This document shows positions 19,312-29,326 of a stretch of 64,000 nt of DNA, one piece after another (position 1 is the first letter of the stretch; the number at the start of each line of letters is the position of its first letter). Below the pieces are notes generated by a model that did not search any database, was not told the origin of the DNA, and was given only the letters and a program-made list of their open reading frames with translations. The position numbers were made by a program, and so were the translations under genes. Source of the DNA: Candidatus Marinacidobacterales bacterium (GTDB lineage Bacteria; Acidobacteriota; Vicinamibacteria; Marinacidobacterales; SMYC01); assembly GCA_965237955.1 (NCBI GenBank), contig OZ250169.1, forward strand, positions 7,520,001 to 7,584,000, given 5' to 3'.

Positions 19312-19870
19312 ACGCAACTGTGTAACCTGGTTTTGGATCGTCGACTGTTTCTGTTGTCGTGGTGAAGAAACTCTCGCGTAGATCGCCGCACGGCGAGGCA
19401 GTGAGCTCATCGCTTGCCCTCCCTTGAGAAGATGTCGTCCAGACTTTTGTCGATTACGCTTCGATAAACGTCCAGGGTTTTACGCCAGCCCACCGCGCTT
19501 TCAGTAGCTCCTGGAGGTGAGCTCCACGAATGGGCTCGTGAATCCGAGTGTGAAGCTCCTGGTCTTTGAACAAACCCAGCAGACCGAAACTCTCCCATTG
19601 ATGCCACCATGAAGGCCTGATGGTTTGTCCTGCGATGTCGCCCACGGCTTCGGCACGAAGCGTTTCGCAGACGAGCTGCACGGCACCGCCCGATTCCAAG
19701 AAACTCGTCTCGCTCGAAGGTCGGTGCTCAGGCAGAGGCGGAGCGTTTTTTTTACGTCGAGGGCGGTTGAGATTCTTCACGACTTTCTCAATCGTGCGCC
19801 GTGCTCTTGGAAAACACGCTCGGCGAGCTCACGGCCGCAGAGCTCAGGCTCGAGCTGCTTTTCCCGGTGC
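19312..19870 (-). mobile_element. Remnant of a large-serine-recombinase element (HTH ORF tail, small ORFs, recombinase N-terminus)
   Basis: ATG 19410 with GGAGG SD encodes 'MSSLPRRAAIYARVSSPRQQKQSTIQNQVTQLR' and then truncates. Upstream 'ELAERVFQEHG..RTIEKVV..RRKKN' resembles an HTH tail. Confidence 0.65.
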
Positions 19871-19955
19871 CGGGCCACCCCGGCATCGACGAAGCCGCGC
19901 CAGAAGCCGTATTTTTTTTCGAATCGCTCCTCCCAAACGGCCTTGACATCTTCAG
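19870..19955 (-). mobile_element. IS91-like (Y2) transposase N-terminal fragment
   Basis: 'EDVKAVWEERFEKKYGFWRGFVDAGVAR'. Confidence 0.55.
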
Positions 19956-19984
19956 GCTTGACCGTCAACCGCAGGGGGCCAAAT

Positions 19985-22900
19985 CTAGAAGATGAACTTG
20001 ACCGCGATCTGGATCTGCCGCGGGTCACCCACACCCTTGCGCAGGAAGCCATCGAAGTTGAACAGCGCCGCTGTCGTGAGGGGGTTCACCAGGTTCTTGC
20101 TGTTGGTGGTGTTGAACATCTCGATGATGGGCACCAGCTCGAACTGCCCCTCGCTTCCGAGCCGGATCGGCCATTGCAGGCGCCAATCGAGCGAGAAGAA
20201 CTCGTTGTCCTTCCGCAGGCCGTTGCGCCCTCGATCGACGCCCTCGAGCACGCGCGGGGTCTCGGTGATCGGCTGGGCCGAGCGCGCCTGGACCCGGACA
20301 TTGAGCTGGATCGGGCCGAGCTCGGTAAAAGCGTAGAAGTTGAACTTGTGGCGGATGTCGCGGTCGGCGAGCGCGAAGTCCTTCGCCGTATCGAAGATGT
20401 TGAAGCTGCGATCGGTGAAGGGGTCGCGCTCGTTCGAGTCGTCGTCCTCGTCCTTCGAGAGAACGTAGTTCGCCTCGACCTGAAACCCGTCCGCGTAGCG
20501 TTTGCGAAAGCCGAAGGTAGCACCGCGGTACTCCGACCTGCCGGAACTGTTGGTGATGAAGACGTCACCGAGCGCCAGGCCGAACGGGCCGGGACCGTAA
20601 GCGACCGTGTTCCCGGTACCGGGGGCGATATCGCAGCAGGGGCCTTCGGTGCGATTGACCTGGAAAAAGCGCGTGAGGTTGTCCCCCTCCGCGTAAGTAA
20701 AGTCGCCGTAGACGGACCAGCCGAGGGAGATTTCCTGTTCGAAGGCGACGTTGAAGCTCGTGATCCTGGGGTTCTTGTAGTCCTTGTCGAAGGCCCGCAC
20801 CCCGGTAAACAGAGGAAATTCTCCCTCGGGCAAAGACTGGGTCTCGATGACGTTGGGCCACACCGGCATCTCGGCAAACGTCACGAAGCTGAAGTCGCGG
20901 AAGATCGTCTGCTGCTGTAGACCGTTCGCGGTAACCGACCCCACCTGGGTCAACATGTTCTGCCTGGGATTGTAGACTCCGAAGTTGGCACGCAGGACCG
21001 ACTTGGCGTCCCCCGTGACGTCCCAGGAAAACCCCAAGCGCGGCTGGATCATGTCGGTCTGATCCGGGATCGTCCCATCGGAGGGGAAGTTGGCGTCACC
21101 GATGAACTGGGCGTAGGCCGTCTGTGAGGCGTCGACCGTGTCTGGCATGAACTGCATGTCCCAACGCAGCCCGTATTTGAGCGTGAGCCGGCGTCCGATC
21201 CTCCAGGAATCCTGGAAGAACAGACCGATCTCCTCGTTCGAGATGTTCGAGGCACCCGGTGGTGGAACCCCCGGGAAGCCACTCCCGGCCTCCTGGAGAT
21301 ATAAAAGCAACGGCCCACCGGTGAAATCACCGCCGCCCGGACAGGGTTCCGGGTAGGTGACGTAGCTGCCGTCGCCGCAGGTCACGGTATTGGGGCCGTA
21401 TCCCCCCGGCGCGGCGGGGGAGGAGTAGCGCAGGAAGCCCGTCGTGCTTCCGAAGATATAGCGTCCGCTGAAGAAACCGCGAAAAACTTGATCGTTCACC
21501 GAGTGGATCCACTCGCCTCCCACTTTGACGGTGTGGTTGCCGGCAACGATGGAGAGGTTGTTCTTGATCTGCGTGCGCCAGAACAACTCGTCAATGCCGG
21601 GCTGGAGAAAGAAGGGATTGCCGAAGCGAAAGGAGGGGTCGAATCCCATCCCGGTGTCCGCGGCCAAGTTCGAGCGCGCCGCCGTGCGCGGGCGATCCTC
21701 ACGCGAATAGGTGAAATGGAACTCGTTGAGCAGGGTCGTCGAGAGCGTGCTGACCAGATTCAAGTTCAGGACATGGATGCGCGCCGGGTCGCCCTCGATC
21801 CCGTTCGCCGAGTTGCCATAAGTGTCGACGTCGAAGGTCTGATTCTCGTTCGAGGAGTCCAGAAAATTGTAGGAAACGGAGAGATCGTTTCCATCCGTGA
21901 GGCGAAAGTTGAACTTGGAGAAAACCGACGTCGTGCTTATGGGATGGCTCACCGGACGCCCCTCGTCCATCCCCAGGCGCTCCTGAAACAAGTTGAGGAG
22001 CGCCACGCGCTGGCAATCCCCGCTGGAGTCGATGAGCGCCTCGTCCGTCATGATGTTGGGATTCGGAATGGGGCAGGGCTCTCCGATGGGCCGGCTCAGA
22101 TTGGGTCGTTCGAAGTTACCACCGATGTTCTCGGCGGCCAGGAAGAAGAAGACCCGGTCCCGGACCAGAGGCCCGCCGACGGTGCCGCCCGTTTGCTCGC
22201 GGTGAAAGTCTTTGAGCTTCGTGCCGTCCGAGGCCTCGGACGCCAACGCTTCCAGACGCTGGAAGTGGAAGACGCTCCCGCCCACCTTGTTGGTGCCCGA
22301 CTTGGTGACGACGTTGACGACGCCCCCGGCGGTACGGCCGAACTCGGCGTTCGCTCCCGTGGCCACCACCTGGAACTCCTGGATAGCGTCGAGCGTGATG
22401 TCAACGTTGGCCCGCTGCCCGCCGACTTGCTCACCAAAAAAACCGTTGTTGTAGTCGCCTCCGTCGAGGCTGATATTGTTGTAGATCCCGCGTTGACCGA
22501 CGAAGTTGATCATGTCGCCATCGGGTCCCTGCACGATGCTCACACCGGGCGTGAGCGTGAGCAGGTCCTCGAACTTCCGACCCAGCACCGGTGTCGTCTC
22601 CACCGTCGTCAGGTTCAGCGTACTGCTCGCTTCCGTTCGGGACACGTCCACGAGCGTCGTGCCGGTGACGGTGATCGTCTCCTGGGCCGCGGCGAGCTGC
22701 ATAGCGATGGAGAGGTCGATCGCTTGGCCCACGGTCAGGGTCACGCCGTCCTGAATGAAAGTGGCGAAGCCCTGTAAGCTGAAAGTGACGACGTAGGGGC
22801 CCGGTGGCAGTGCCAGCGCCGCGAAGCGCCCCTCTGTGTCCGTAGCAATCGTTCGCGTCAGATTGGTGTCCGGGTTTGTGACCTCGACCGTAACTCCTGG

Positions 22901-23029
22901 CAACACGGCGTCTGTCTGATCGAAAACGCGGCCTCGGATCACACCGGTCGTGATCTGCGTCTGGGCCCAGACACCCATACCGGTGAGAACGCAGATCGCT
23001 GTCAACAGAACGTTTCGTTGGAACATCAC
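19985..23029 (-). CDS. TonB-dependent receptor (Oar-like, N-terminal carboxypeptidase-regulatory-like domain)
   Basis: Signal peptide; 'G.V.DQTDAVLPGVTV', 'AIQEFQV...AEFGRTAGGVVNVVTKSGTN', 'QDSWR', 'PRLGFSWD'; C-terminal Phe. Confidence 0.92.
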   Translation of the reverse strand: MMFQRNVLLTAICVLTGMGVWAQTQITTGVIRGRVFDQTDAVLPGVTVEVTNPDTNLTRTIATDTEGRFAALALPPGPYVVTFSLQGFATFIQDGVTLTVGQAIDLSIAMQLAAAQETITVTGTTLVDVSRTEASSTLNLTTVETTPVLGRKFEDLLTLTPGVSIVQGPDGDMINFVGQRGIYNNISLDGGDYNNGFFGEQVGGQRANVDITLDAIQEFQVVATGANAEFGRTAGGVVNVVTKSGTNKVGGSVFHFQRLEALASEASDGTKLKDFHREQTGGTVGGPLVRDRVFFFLAAENIGGNFERPNLSRPIGEPCPIPNPNIMTDEALIDSSGDCQRVALLNLFQERLGMDEGRPVSHPISTTSVFSKFNFRLTDGNDLSVSYNFLDSSNENQTFDVDTYGNSANGIEGDPARIHVLNLNLVSTLSTTLLNEFHFTYSREDRPRTAARSNLAADTGMGFDPSFRFGNPFFLQPGIDELFWRTQIKNNLSIVAGNHTVKVGGEWIHSVNDQVFRGFFSGRYIFGSTTGFLRYSSPAAPGGYGPNTVTCGDGSYVTYPEPCPGGGDFTGGPLLLYLQEAGSGFPGVPPPGASNISNEEIGLFFQDSWRIGRRLTLKYGLRWDMQFMPDTVDASQTAYAQFIGDANFPSDGTIPDQTDMIQPRLGFSWDVTGDAKSVLRANFGVYNPRQNMLTQVGSVTANGLQQQTIFRDFSFVTFAEMPVWPNVIETQSLPEGEFPLFTGVRAFDKDYKNPRITSFNVAFEQEISLGWSVYGDFTYAEGDNLTRFFQVNRTEGPCCDIAPGTGNTVAYGPGPFGLALGDVFITNSSGRSEYRGATFGFRKRYADGFQVEANYVLSKDEDDDSNERDPFTDRSFNIFDTAKDFALADRDIRHKFNFYAFTELGPIQLNVRVQARSAQPITETPRVLEGVDRGRNGLRKDNEFFSLDWRLQWPIRLGSEGQFELVPIIEMFNTTNSKNLVNPLTTAALFNFDGFLRKGVGDPRQIQIAVKFIF

Positions 23030-23035
23030 GGCCCC

Positions 23036-23092
23036 CCTTAATTGAAGAGTATCGCCTTAGTTGAAGAGTATCGCCTTGATTGAAGAGTATCG
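23036..23092. repeat. 19-bp tandem repeat x3 abutting the receptor RBS
   Basis: CCTTAATTGAAGAGTATCG / CCTTAGTTGAAGAGTATCG / CCTTGATTGAAGAGTATCG. Confidence 0.9.
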
Positions 23093-23244
23093 CTGCCGAG
23101 ATTGTACTTGCCGCATCGTCACGATGACAAGGACCTATCAACTTCAATGTAAAACGGGCGGCGCTCGACGAGCTCAGTGCCATTGACCGCGAGCGCGTAG
23201 CTCCGCCCTATGAGATCGCGTCTACTGAAGCCCCCTTCACCAAC

Positions 23245-23620
23245 TCAATAGCGCCAGGTCGTCATGTTCGCGCCGGGCGGAGCGGTGGAAACGATGCGCT
23301 CCATTATGAGCGGTAGCACTCTTTCGTAGGCCGTCTGGCCGGGATATTCCGACGTGCCGGTATAACAATGCGGCTCACGGCGGCCCCAGTTGAACCAGCC
23401 GGCGTAGTGGGGCTAGGGACGTGCTTTCGAGAAACTCCTCGAGCAAGAGGTTCGACTCCTCGACGAAATATGTATCGATGTCGCCCCTGTAGATGTGGAT
23501 CTTCCCCTCGAGCTTCGAGCCGGTGGGCTCCCAATCACGCTGCAGAATGTGGCGGAGATCGTAGTTCTCCTTCCAGTAATCGACGACGCCTTTGTCGATC
23601 TCCCCCGTCCACTTGTCTGC
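23245..23620 (-). pseudogene. C-terminal relic of a putative esterase (alpha/beta hydrolase)
   Basis: 'DKWTGEID..V.DYWKENYDL...GKIHIY.GD.DTYF'; frameshift at about 23415; then 'EPHCY...MERIVSTAPPGANMTTWRY*'. Confidence 0.6.
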
Positions 23621-23659
23621 CGCCGGGGGCATGGGTGTGAAGTTTCACTCCGAGCGTCT

Positions 23660-24095
23660 CGTACCGGCGCAGTTGTAATTGATGATACAGGTACTTTCGG
23701 ACGGCGCGGGTTCCTGCCCATCACGTCGGATCACAAGAGGATCCAGCTCACCAACAATTTCACGTATCTCTTCGGCGACCACGACATGAAGATGGGCGTG
23801 GATATGAACCTCAACAACACGAGCCAGGAACTTTTTCGGCTGGGGCGATGGCCGGTACACGTTCACGACGCTCGAAGATTACATCGCCGGAAATCCCAGC
23901 GAGTTCCGGCAGCGCACCGGCCTCAACGGCTTCACGACGAGAGATTCTGACACTATCTCGATGGACCAACAAGAGCTTGCCGTCTACGTTCAGGACACAT
24001 GGAGGCCCAAGCCCGGGCTCACCCTCAACCTGGGCCTGCGATGGGAAGGGCAGTGGAATCAGGACGTCCCCGTCGAGGTGGACCCGCGGTCCTGA
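23660..24095 (+). pseudogene. Internal fragment of a second TonB-dependent receptor
   Basis: 'RIQLTNNFTYLFGDHDMKMGVD'; frameshift at about 23835; 'AVYVQDTWRPKPGLTLNLGLRWE'. Confidence 0.75.
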
Positions 24096-24214
24096 ACCTC
24101 GCGAGCGTTCGCATGAATACCGGTGAGCTGAGAGGTGCGGAGGAGCTCTTCCGCCGCGCCGTCACTCTCGCGCCCGACTCCTACGAGGCCTACAATGGCC
24201 TGGGCATCGCGCTC

Positions 24215-25647
24215 GGAGGTGCCCCCACCATAGTTGAAGGTTCGAGGTGGTGGCGGCTCCTGACACATGGTTTATCCGACTTTGGCGTGCTTGTCGAGCG
24301 CTTGATTCTCAGTGACCTCCGCTAACTTCGCTTCGAGGATCGGTAGCGATTGGTATCCAATGATACGACGGAAATTTTTCTCCGTGGCGAGCAGAGCCGA
24401 AGCGGCCCATCTCAGAACCATCTTGCCATTGCGCCAGCGGGTGACGCGACGGGTACGACCTCGCGCACCGCTGAAGCACGACTCGATGATGTTCGTCGAT
24501 CCAAGGCAGCGTTTCAGAGATGCGGGGAGGTCGAGCTCGTTGATGGTGAACATCTCGTCGAGCCCCTCCCGGATGCTCTCCGCCGCCGAGGGGTAGTCGT
24601 CCTCGAGCCACTTCGCCTGTTGCTCCAACCGCGCTTTGCCCTTCTTTGCTGGGAGCTGCCAGGCCGAACGCAGGCTCGCTTGCACTTGCGGCTTCAGCTC
24701 CTGCGGCAGATAACCGAGCACATTGCGCTCCTTGTGCTTCCTGCAACGCTGGACCTTGTTGTGGGTACCGAACACAGCGTCGACGGCGACCCGTAGCGCC
24801 TTGGAGCCATCGATCACGAACAGCCGACACCGCTCTGGGCTCAGGCCTCGTTCGACCAGGTCCTCCAGCAGCGCCTTGCACACTATCTGGTTCTCCGATG
24901 CTCCATCCCGAAGCCCCAGAACATGCTTGTATCCCTCTGTATCTACGCCGATTGCCGCCAGCGCGTGGTGCTCGCCGAAGCGAATCCCGTCCAGGTACAC
25001 GACCGCGATCTCCAGCTCGTCCAGCGGACGCTCCATCAGCCCCTGCAACTGCTCCGCGCTTGCTTCCACGAACTCACGGCTCACCTCGCTCTTGCTAACC
25101 CCTACCGTCTCCGCCATCTCGGGAAGAACCGACGCGTACTTGCGCGTCGACACACCCAGCATCAGGATTTCCCAGATGCGTTGGCTCAGCCGAGACGAGT
25201 TGTTCACCGCTTCGTAGGCAGGAATCGCAACCTCCCCTCCCTCTGCCTTTCCCTTACGCCGCAGACGTGGCCGGCTCACTCTCAACTTCCGCTCCGCAAG
25301 GCTTACTACGCCACCCTGCCGGCCGTGCCAGCGAACATCGCTACCCTTCTTCCCCGGGTGTTTCTCCCCAGCCACACTTTGGGCTGACAGATCCAAGACC
25401 GCTTCGATCGTCGCTCGGCCAGCAACGTCGATCGCTATCTCGGTTCGCTCAATCGCATCCAAGAACGGCAACAGAGCTTGCCCCTTCGAGCTCAGTATCT
25501 CTCGAAGCTTCTTCCTGTTCTTCGCATCGATGATTTGGTAATTTGACATCGTGGTGGCTCCTTTCTTTTTCCTTCACAGCCGGATTCTATCGAACCCGGC
25601 CTTAGGAGCCGCCACTCCTAACCTTCAACTATCTCAGGGGCATCTCC
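24215..25647 (-). mobile_element. IS256-family insertion sequence
   Basis: Imperfect TIRs GGAGGTGCCCCCACCATAGTTGAAGGTT / GGAGATGCCCCTGAGATAGTTGAAGGTT; 8-bp TSD TCGCGCTC (24207-24214 and 25648-25655). Confidence 0.92.
24272..25549 (-). CDS. IS256-family transposase
   Basis: 'GVSTRKY', 'YLDG', 'IDGSKAL', 'QRCRKHKERN', 'STNIIES'. Confidence 0.92.
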   Translation of the reverse strand: MSNYQIIDAKNRKKLREILSSKGQALLPFLDAIERTEIAIDVAGRATIEAVLDLSAQSVAGEKHPGKKGSDVRWHGRQGGVVSLAERKLRVSRPRLRRKGKAEGGEVAIPAYEAVNNSSRLSQRIWEILMLGVSTRKYASVLPEMAETVGVSKSEVSREFVEASAEQLQGLMERPLDELEIAVVYLDGIRFGEHHALAAIGVDTEGYKHVLGLRDGASENQIVCKALLEDLVERGLSPERCRLFVIDGSKALRVAVDAVFGTHNKVQRCRKHKERNVLGYLPQELKPQVQASLRSAWQLPAKKGKARLEQQAKWLEDDYPSAAESIREGLDEMFTINELDLPASLKRCLGSTNIIESCFSGARGRTRRVTRWRNGKMVLRWAASALLATEKNFRRIIGYQSLPILEAKLAEVTENQALDKHAKVG

Positions 25648-25765
25648 TCGCGCTCGGGCGCCAGGGTCGGAACGACGAAGCCGAAGCCGCCTTTCGAAGG
25701 GGCTTCGAGATCGACCCGAGCCTGGATGCCGCGCGCGACAACCTGCGTGCACTCGGCAAGACGCC

Positions 25766-26395
25766 ATGACGTATGTTTTACTGCTTGCAACTCTGCTCTT
25801 CCAAGAGGACCCCGTGCGCGACGCGCGCTCGCTCGTCGAGGAGGGCAAGAGCCTCGAAGCGCTCCAACTGCTGGAGGCCGCGCGCGAACAGCCGGAGAAT
25901 GCGGGCATCCATCACGCCATTGGTACGCTCTACGCGTCGGCAGGGAGAACTCCTGAGGCGCTGCGCCACCTGGGGAAAGCCGCCGAGCTCGCGCCCGACG
26001 ATGCATCCTACACGTACACCTACGGGGAGCTTCTCTACCACGCGGGACGCTACGATGACGCGAAGCCAGTGCTGGAGAAGGCCGCGGAGCTTCCCGAAGC
26101 CGTGTTCTCGCTTCGAGCCGGCGCCCCTGACGAAGCTGCCGTTTCGGTACAACGCTCGCTCGAGCTCGACCCCGCGTTCCCGGACGCGTGGTCGATGCTC
26201 GGATCGCTTCTCCTCGATTCCGGTCACGCCGAAGAGGCTCTCGAGTGCTATCTGAAGGCCGCCGCGCTCGAACCGTCCAATGCGGCCGTGCACCTCAACC
26301 TCGCTTCCGCGTACGCGGCCCTCGGCAACGACGCTGCAGAAGAAGCCGCGATGGAACGCTATCACGAGCTGACCAAACGCCAGTGCTCGAAGTAA
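25766..26395 (+). CDS. Tetratricopeptide repeat protein
   Basis: Multiple TPR helices; ATGA overlap with the upstream TPR gene. Confidence 0.8.
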   Translation: MTYVLLLATLLFQEDPVRDARSLVEEGKSLEALQLLEAAREQPENAGIHHAIGTLYASAGRTPEALRHLGKAAELAPDDASYTYTYGELLYHAGRYDDAKPVLEKAAELPEAVFSLRAGAPDEAAVSVQRSLELDPAFPDAWSMLGSLLLDSGHAEEALECYLKAAALEPSNAAVHLNLASAYAALGNDAAEEAAMERYHELTKRQCSK

Positions 26396-26799
26396 AAGCG
26401 ATTCTCTTTTTGTGCGTGGCGAACTCCGCGAGAAGTCAGATGGCCGAAGGTCTGGCGCGATCGATGGCTCCTGAAGGAACGCGGGTCCTCAGCGCGGGAT
26501 CGATGCCCGCACGCGTCAGCCCCTATGCGATGGAGGTGATGCAGGAGATCGGCATCGACTTGTCATCGCACCGCTCGAAATCCGTCGACGAGATCCCGAA
26601 AGAGCAAGTGGCCACCGTCATTACACTGTGCGCCGAGGAAGTTTGTCCGGTGTTCCCCGGAGCGGTAGAGAAGCTCCACTGGCCCCATCCGGACCCCGCA
26701 GCGACCATCGGATCGAAAGAGGAAATTCTGGAGTCGTTTCGCAACGTGCGAGATCAAATTCGCGACAAGCTCGCGGCGTACTTCGAGGGCTACGTGTAG
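26383..26799 (+). CDS. arsC: Arsenate reductase / LMW-PTPase family
   Basis: '[17 protein letters not shown]', 'ITLC', 'CPVFPG', 'HWPHPDP'. Confidence 0.85.
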   Translation: MLEVKAILFLCVANSARSQMAEGLARSMAPEGTRVLSAGSMPARVSPYAMEVMQEIGIDLSSHRSKSVDEIPKEQVATVITLCAEEVCPVFPGAVEKLHWPHPDPAATIGSKEEILESFRNVRDQIRDKLAAYFEGYV

Positions 26800-28376
26800 G
26801 TTTGCCCGAGTGGCACCGCATGAAATCGCACCGGGTCCCCCGGCAATAGCTGCGCGAGCCGCGGAATGTCAGTGCTGACCACGGTCGCGATCTTCGGATA
26901 GCCGCCTGTGGTCGCGCGATCCGCGAGCATCACGATCGGCAGGCCGTCCGGCGGGACTTGGATACTTCCCAGTGCGTTCCCGTCGGAGACGATCTGTTGG
27001 GCGCCGCGGTGCTCGAGCGTCTCCCCTTCGAGCCGGTAGCCCATGCGGTCCGAAGACGCGCCGACCGTGTACGTGCACGACTCCAGGGTTGCACGTGCCT
27101 TGTCGGTGAAGTAGTCGTCTTGCGGTCCCCAAATCACTCGCACGACGCCTTCGTCCTGGTCGGGCTCACGGGGAATCCGTTTTCCAACGGGCGCAGAACC
27201 GGGCAAGAGTGCCAAGCGGTCCCCTTTCTGAAGCGCACGTCCGCGGTACCCACCGAACCCCGCGGTTAGATACGTGGAGCGAGAGCCGAGCACGAGAGGC
27301 ACGTCGATGCCTCCCGCGAAACCAATGTAGGCGCGCGCACCCGAGCGGGCTCCTTCGAAGGCGAGCACGTTCCCCGGCCGAAGCCGAAACGAGCTCCCCG
27401 GCGCGGGTTGCCAGCGACCGAGATCGTGACGCTCGACAACGGCGCCGAGATCGGCGCCGCCGACGGAAGCCACCGTCGCCTGGAGACAGCGGAGTCTCGG
27501 GCCTTGGACGGTGCACTCGAGTGCAGCCGCTCCGGGATCGTTGCCGAGGAGTCGGTTGGCTTCATCGAGTGCCCCGGAATCCATCGCACCTGCAACGGGC
27601 ACACCGTAGCGTTGAAAGCCGGGACGACCGCGATCCTGCACCGTCGTGAGCAGTCCGCCGTCTTCGACTTCGATCGCCGGCGCGGACGATGGCAGTGCCT
27701 GCGGCTCGTTTTTGCTCTCGAGCTCAAAAAGCGCCTCTACCGGGACGAACTTCACTCGATCGCCGGGGACAAAAAAGCTCGGAGGCGTCGCCTTCGGGTC
27801 GAAGAGCGTTCGATGCTCGGTCCTACCGAGCAAATGCCAGCCTCCCGGCGCCCCTGAAGGGTAAATCCCGGTCTGACGCATGGCGATCGCGACCGAGCCG
27901 GCAGGCACCCGGGTGCGCGGCGTGGCCCTTCGCCTCAGCTCGAGCTTCGGATCGGTCAACCCCATATACGCGAATCCCGGTGTGGACCCAAGCATGTAAA
28001 CACGGTACTCGGTCTCGCTATGGAGACGGATGACGTCCTCGCGCGACATGCCCGTTTGCCGAGACACGTCGTCGAGGTCGTCGCCGTCGTACACGGTCGG
28101 AACTTCCTTGAGAGGTGCTTCCGGAAGTTTCGACGGATCCAGAGCCGTCAGGAGCTCGTGCACGTGTTTGCGAGCATCGTCGAAGTTAATCGACCTTGGC
28201 TCGTAGAACACGAGGAGCGAGCGATAGCTTGGAATCGCTTCCTGATAGCCCGGGAACGGAGATGCGCGTAGCGCTTCGTCGAGAGCACGGACCCGCGCGT
28301 TCAACTCCGGATCGATGGTGTCGCCGAGCTCGACGACGAGACCGCGCTCGCCGGCAGGCAAGAATCTCGGTTTCAC
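26790..28376 (-). CDS. pxpBC: Fused 5-oxoprolinase subunits B and C
   Basis: PxpB motifs ('G.TPGFAY', '[10 protein letters not shown]', 'PGGWHLLG') fused to PxpC motifs ('TTVQDRGR', 'SDRMGYRL', 'TTGGYPKI'). Confidence 0.88.
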   Translation of the reverse strand: MKPRFLPAGERGLVVELGDTIDPELNARVRALDEALRASPFPGYQEAIPSYRSLLVFYEPRSINFDDARKHVHELLTALDPSKLPEAPLKEVPTVYDGDDLDDVSRQTGMSREDVIRLHSETEYRVYMLGSTPGFAYMGLTDPKLELRRRATPRTRVPAGSVAIAMRQTGIYPSGAPGGWHLLGRTEHRTLFDPKATPPSFFVPGDRVKFVPVEALFELESKNEPQALPSSAPAIEVEDGGLLTTVQDRGRPGFQRYGVPVAGAMDSGALDEANRLLGNDPGAAALECTVQGPRLRCLQATVASVGGADLGAVVERHDLGRWQPAPGSSFRLRPGNVLAFEGARSGARAYIGFAGGIDVPLVLGSRSTYLTAGFGGYRGRALQKGDRLALLPGSAPVGKRIPREPDQDEGVVRVIWGPQDDYFTDKARATLESCTYTVGASSDRMGYRLEGETLEHRGAQQIVSDGNALGSIQVPPDGLPIVMLADRATTGGYPKIATVVSTDIPRLAQLLPGDPVRFHAVPLGQTYT

Positions 28377-29137
28377 GTCGCGAGCGATAGAACCTCGACT
28401 CCGTTCTTCTCGAGAGCCGCGCGCACGGCCCGAGCGTTGTCCAAAGCGGCGGGATTGTCGCCGTGCAGACAGAGCGTCTCGGCGTCGATGGAAACGGACG
28501 TCCCGTCGTGCGCGATCACTCGTCTCTCGAGGGCGATCGAAATCGCTTGCGCGGCCGCGCGCTCGGGGTCGGTGATGACCGAGCCTTCGATCGTGCGCGA
28601 CTGCAACGTCCCATCGGGGTTATACACACGATCGGCAAAGGCTTCGCCCGCGTAGCGTAGCTTACAGGCCTCGGCCGCCTCACGCATCGCTTTCGAGCTC
28701 GCCAAGCCGACGAAGATCAAATCCCGGCTCACGCGAGCGACGCCGGCCGCTAACGCCCGCGACAACTTCCCATCGTTCACCGCCTGGTTGTAGAGCGCGC
28801 CGTGCGGCTTCACGTGGACCAACGCTACGTCGTGCGCGGTAGCAAACGCAGCGACCGCTCCGACCTGATAAATCACGTCCGCCTCGACTTCGTCGGCGCT
28901 GGCCGCGATCACGCGCCGCCCAAAGCCGCGGAGATCGTGATGGCCGGGATGGGCTCCGACCGCCACGCCGTGTTTGGCAGCGAGCGCGACCGTGCGGTCA
29001 ATCGTCTGCGGGTCGCCCGCGTGGAATCCACAGGCCACGTTGGCGGACGTCACCAGCTCGAGCATGGCGTCGTCGTCTCGACCGATACGGTAGATGCCGA
29101 AGCTCTCCCCCATATCGCAGTTCAAGTCAATGCGCAC
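28373..29137 (-). CDS. pxpA: 5-oxoprolinase subunit A (LamB/YcsF)
   Basis: 'IDLNCDMGES', 'ACGFHAGDP', 'HVKPHGALYN', 'CLHGD'. Confidence 0.92.
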   Translation of the reverse strand: MRIDLNCDMGESFGIYRIGRDDDAMLELVTSANVACGFHAGDPQTIDRTVALAAKHGVAVGAHPGHHDLRGFGRRVIAASADEVEADVIYQVGAVAAFATAHDVALVHVKPHGALYNQAVNDGKLSRALAAGVARVSRDLIFVGLASSKAMREAAEACKLRYAGEAFADRVYNPDGTLQSRTIEGSVITDPERAAAQAISIALERRVIAHDGTSVSIDAETLCLHGDNPAALDNARAVRAALEKNGVEVLSLAT

Positions 29138-29192
29138 TGCCGCATTCTATCGCTTCGCTTTTGCTCTCGGAAAGCGCTACAATATCCGCCTC

Positions 29193-29306
29193 ATGGGTAA
29201 AGGGGATCGCAGAACCAAACGCGGGAAAATCTTCCAAGGCACCAACGGAAAAACACGCCCAAAGCCGAAGACAAAGCAGAAGAAAAAGGCAGCGAGGAGA
29301 AGTTAG
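29193..29306 (+). CDS. 30S ribosomal protein THX (bTHX)
   Basis: 37 aa 'MGKGDRRTKRGKIFQGTNGKTRPK...' matches the THX signature. Confidence 0.88.
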   Translation: MGKGDRRTKRGKIFQGTNGKTRPKPKTKQKKKAARRS

Positions 29307-29326
29307 TTCGGCCCGCCTTCGGCGGG

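Larger units (their letters stand above)
24086..25769 (+). pseudogene. TPR protein 3' fragment interrupted by IS256
   Basis: Removing the IS and one TSD restores 'EAYNGLGIALGRQGRNDEAEAAFRRGFEIDP'. The 5' part is missing. Confidence 0.8.

Noticed and set aside
23036-23092. Possible mini-CRISPR array
   Set aside because: Units are contiguous 19-mers with no spacers, and no cas genes are present.
26790-28376. pxpB-pxpC fusion as a novelty
   Set aside because: B/C fusions are already known in many bacteria.
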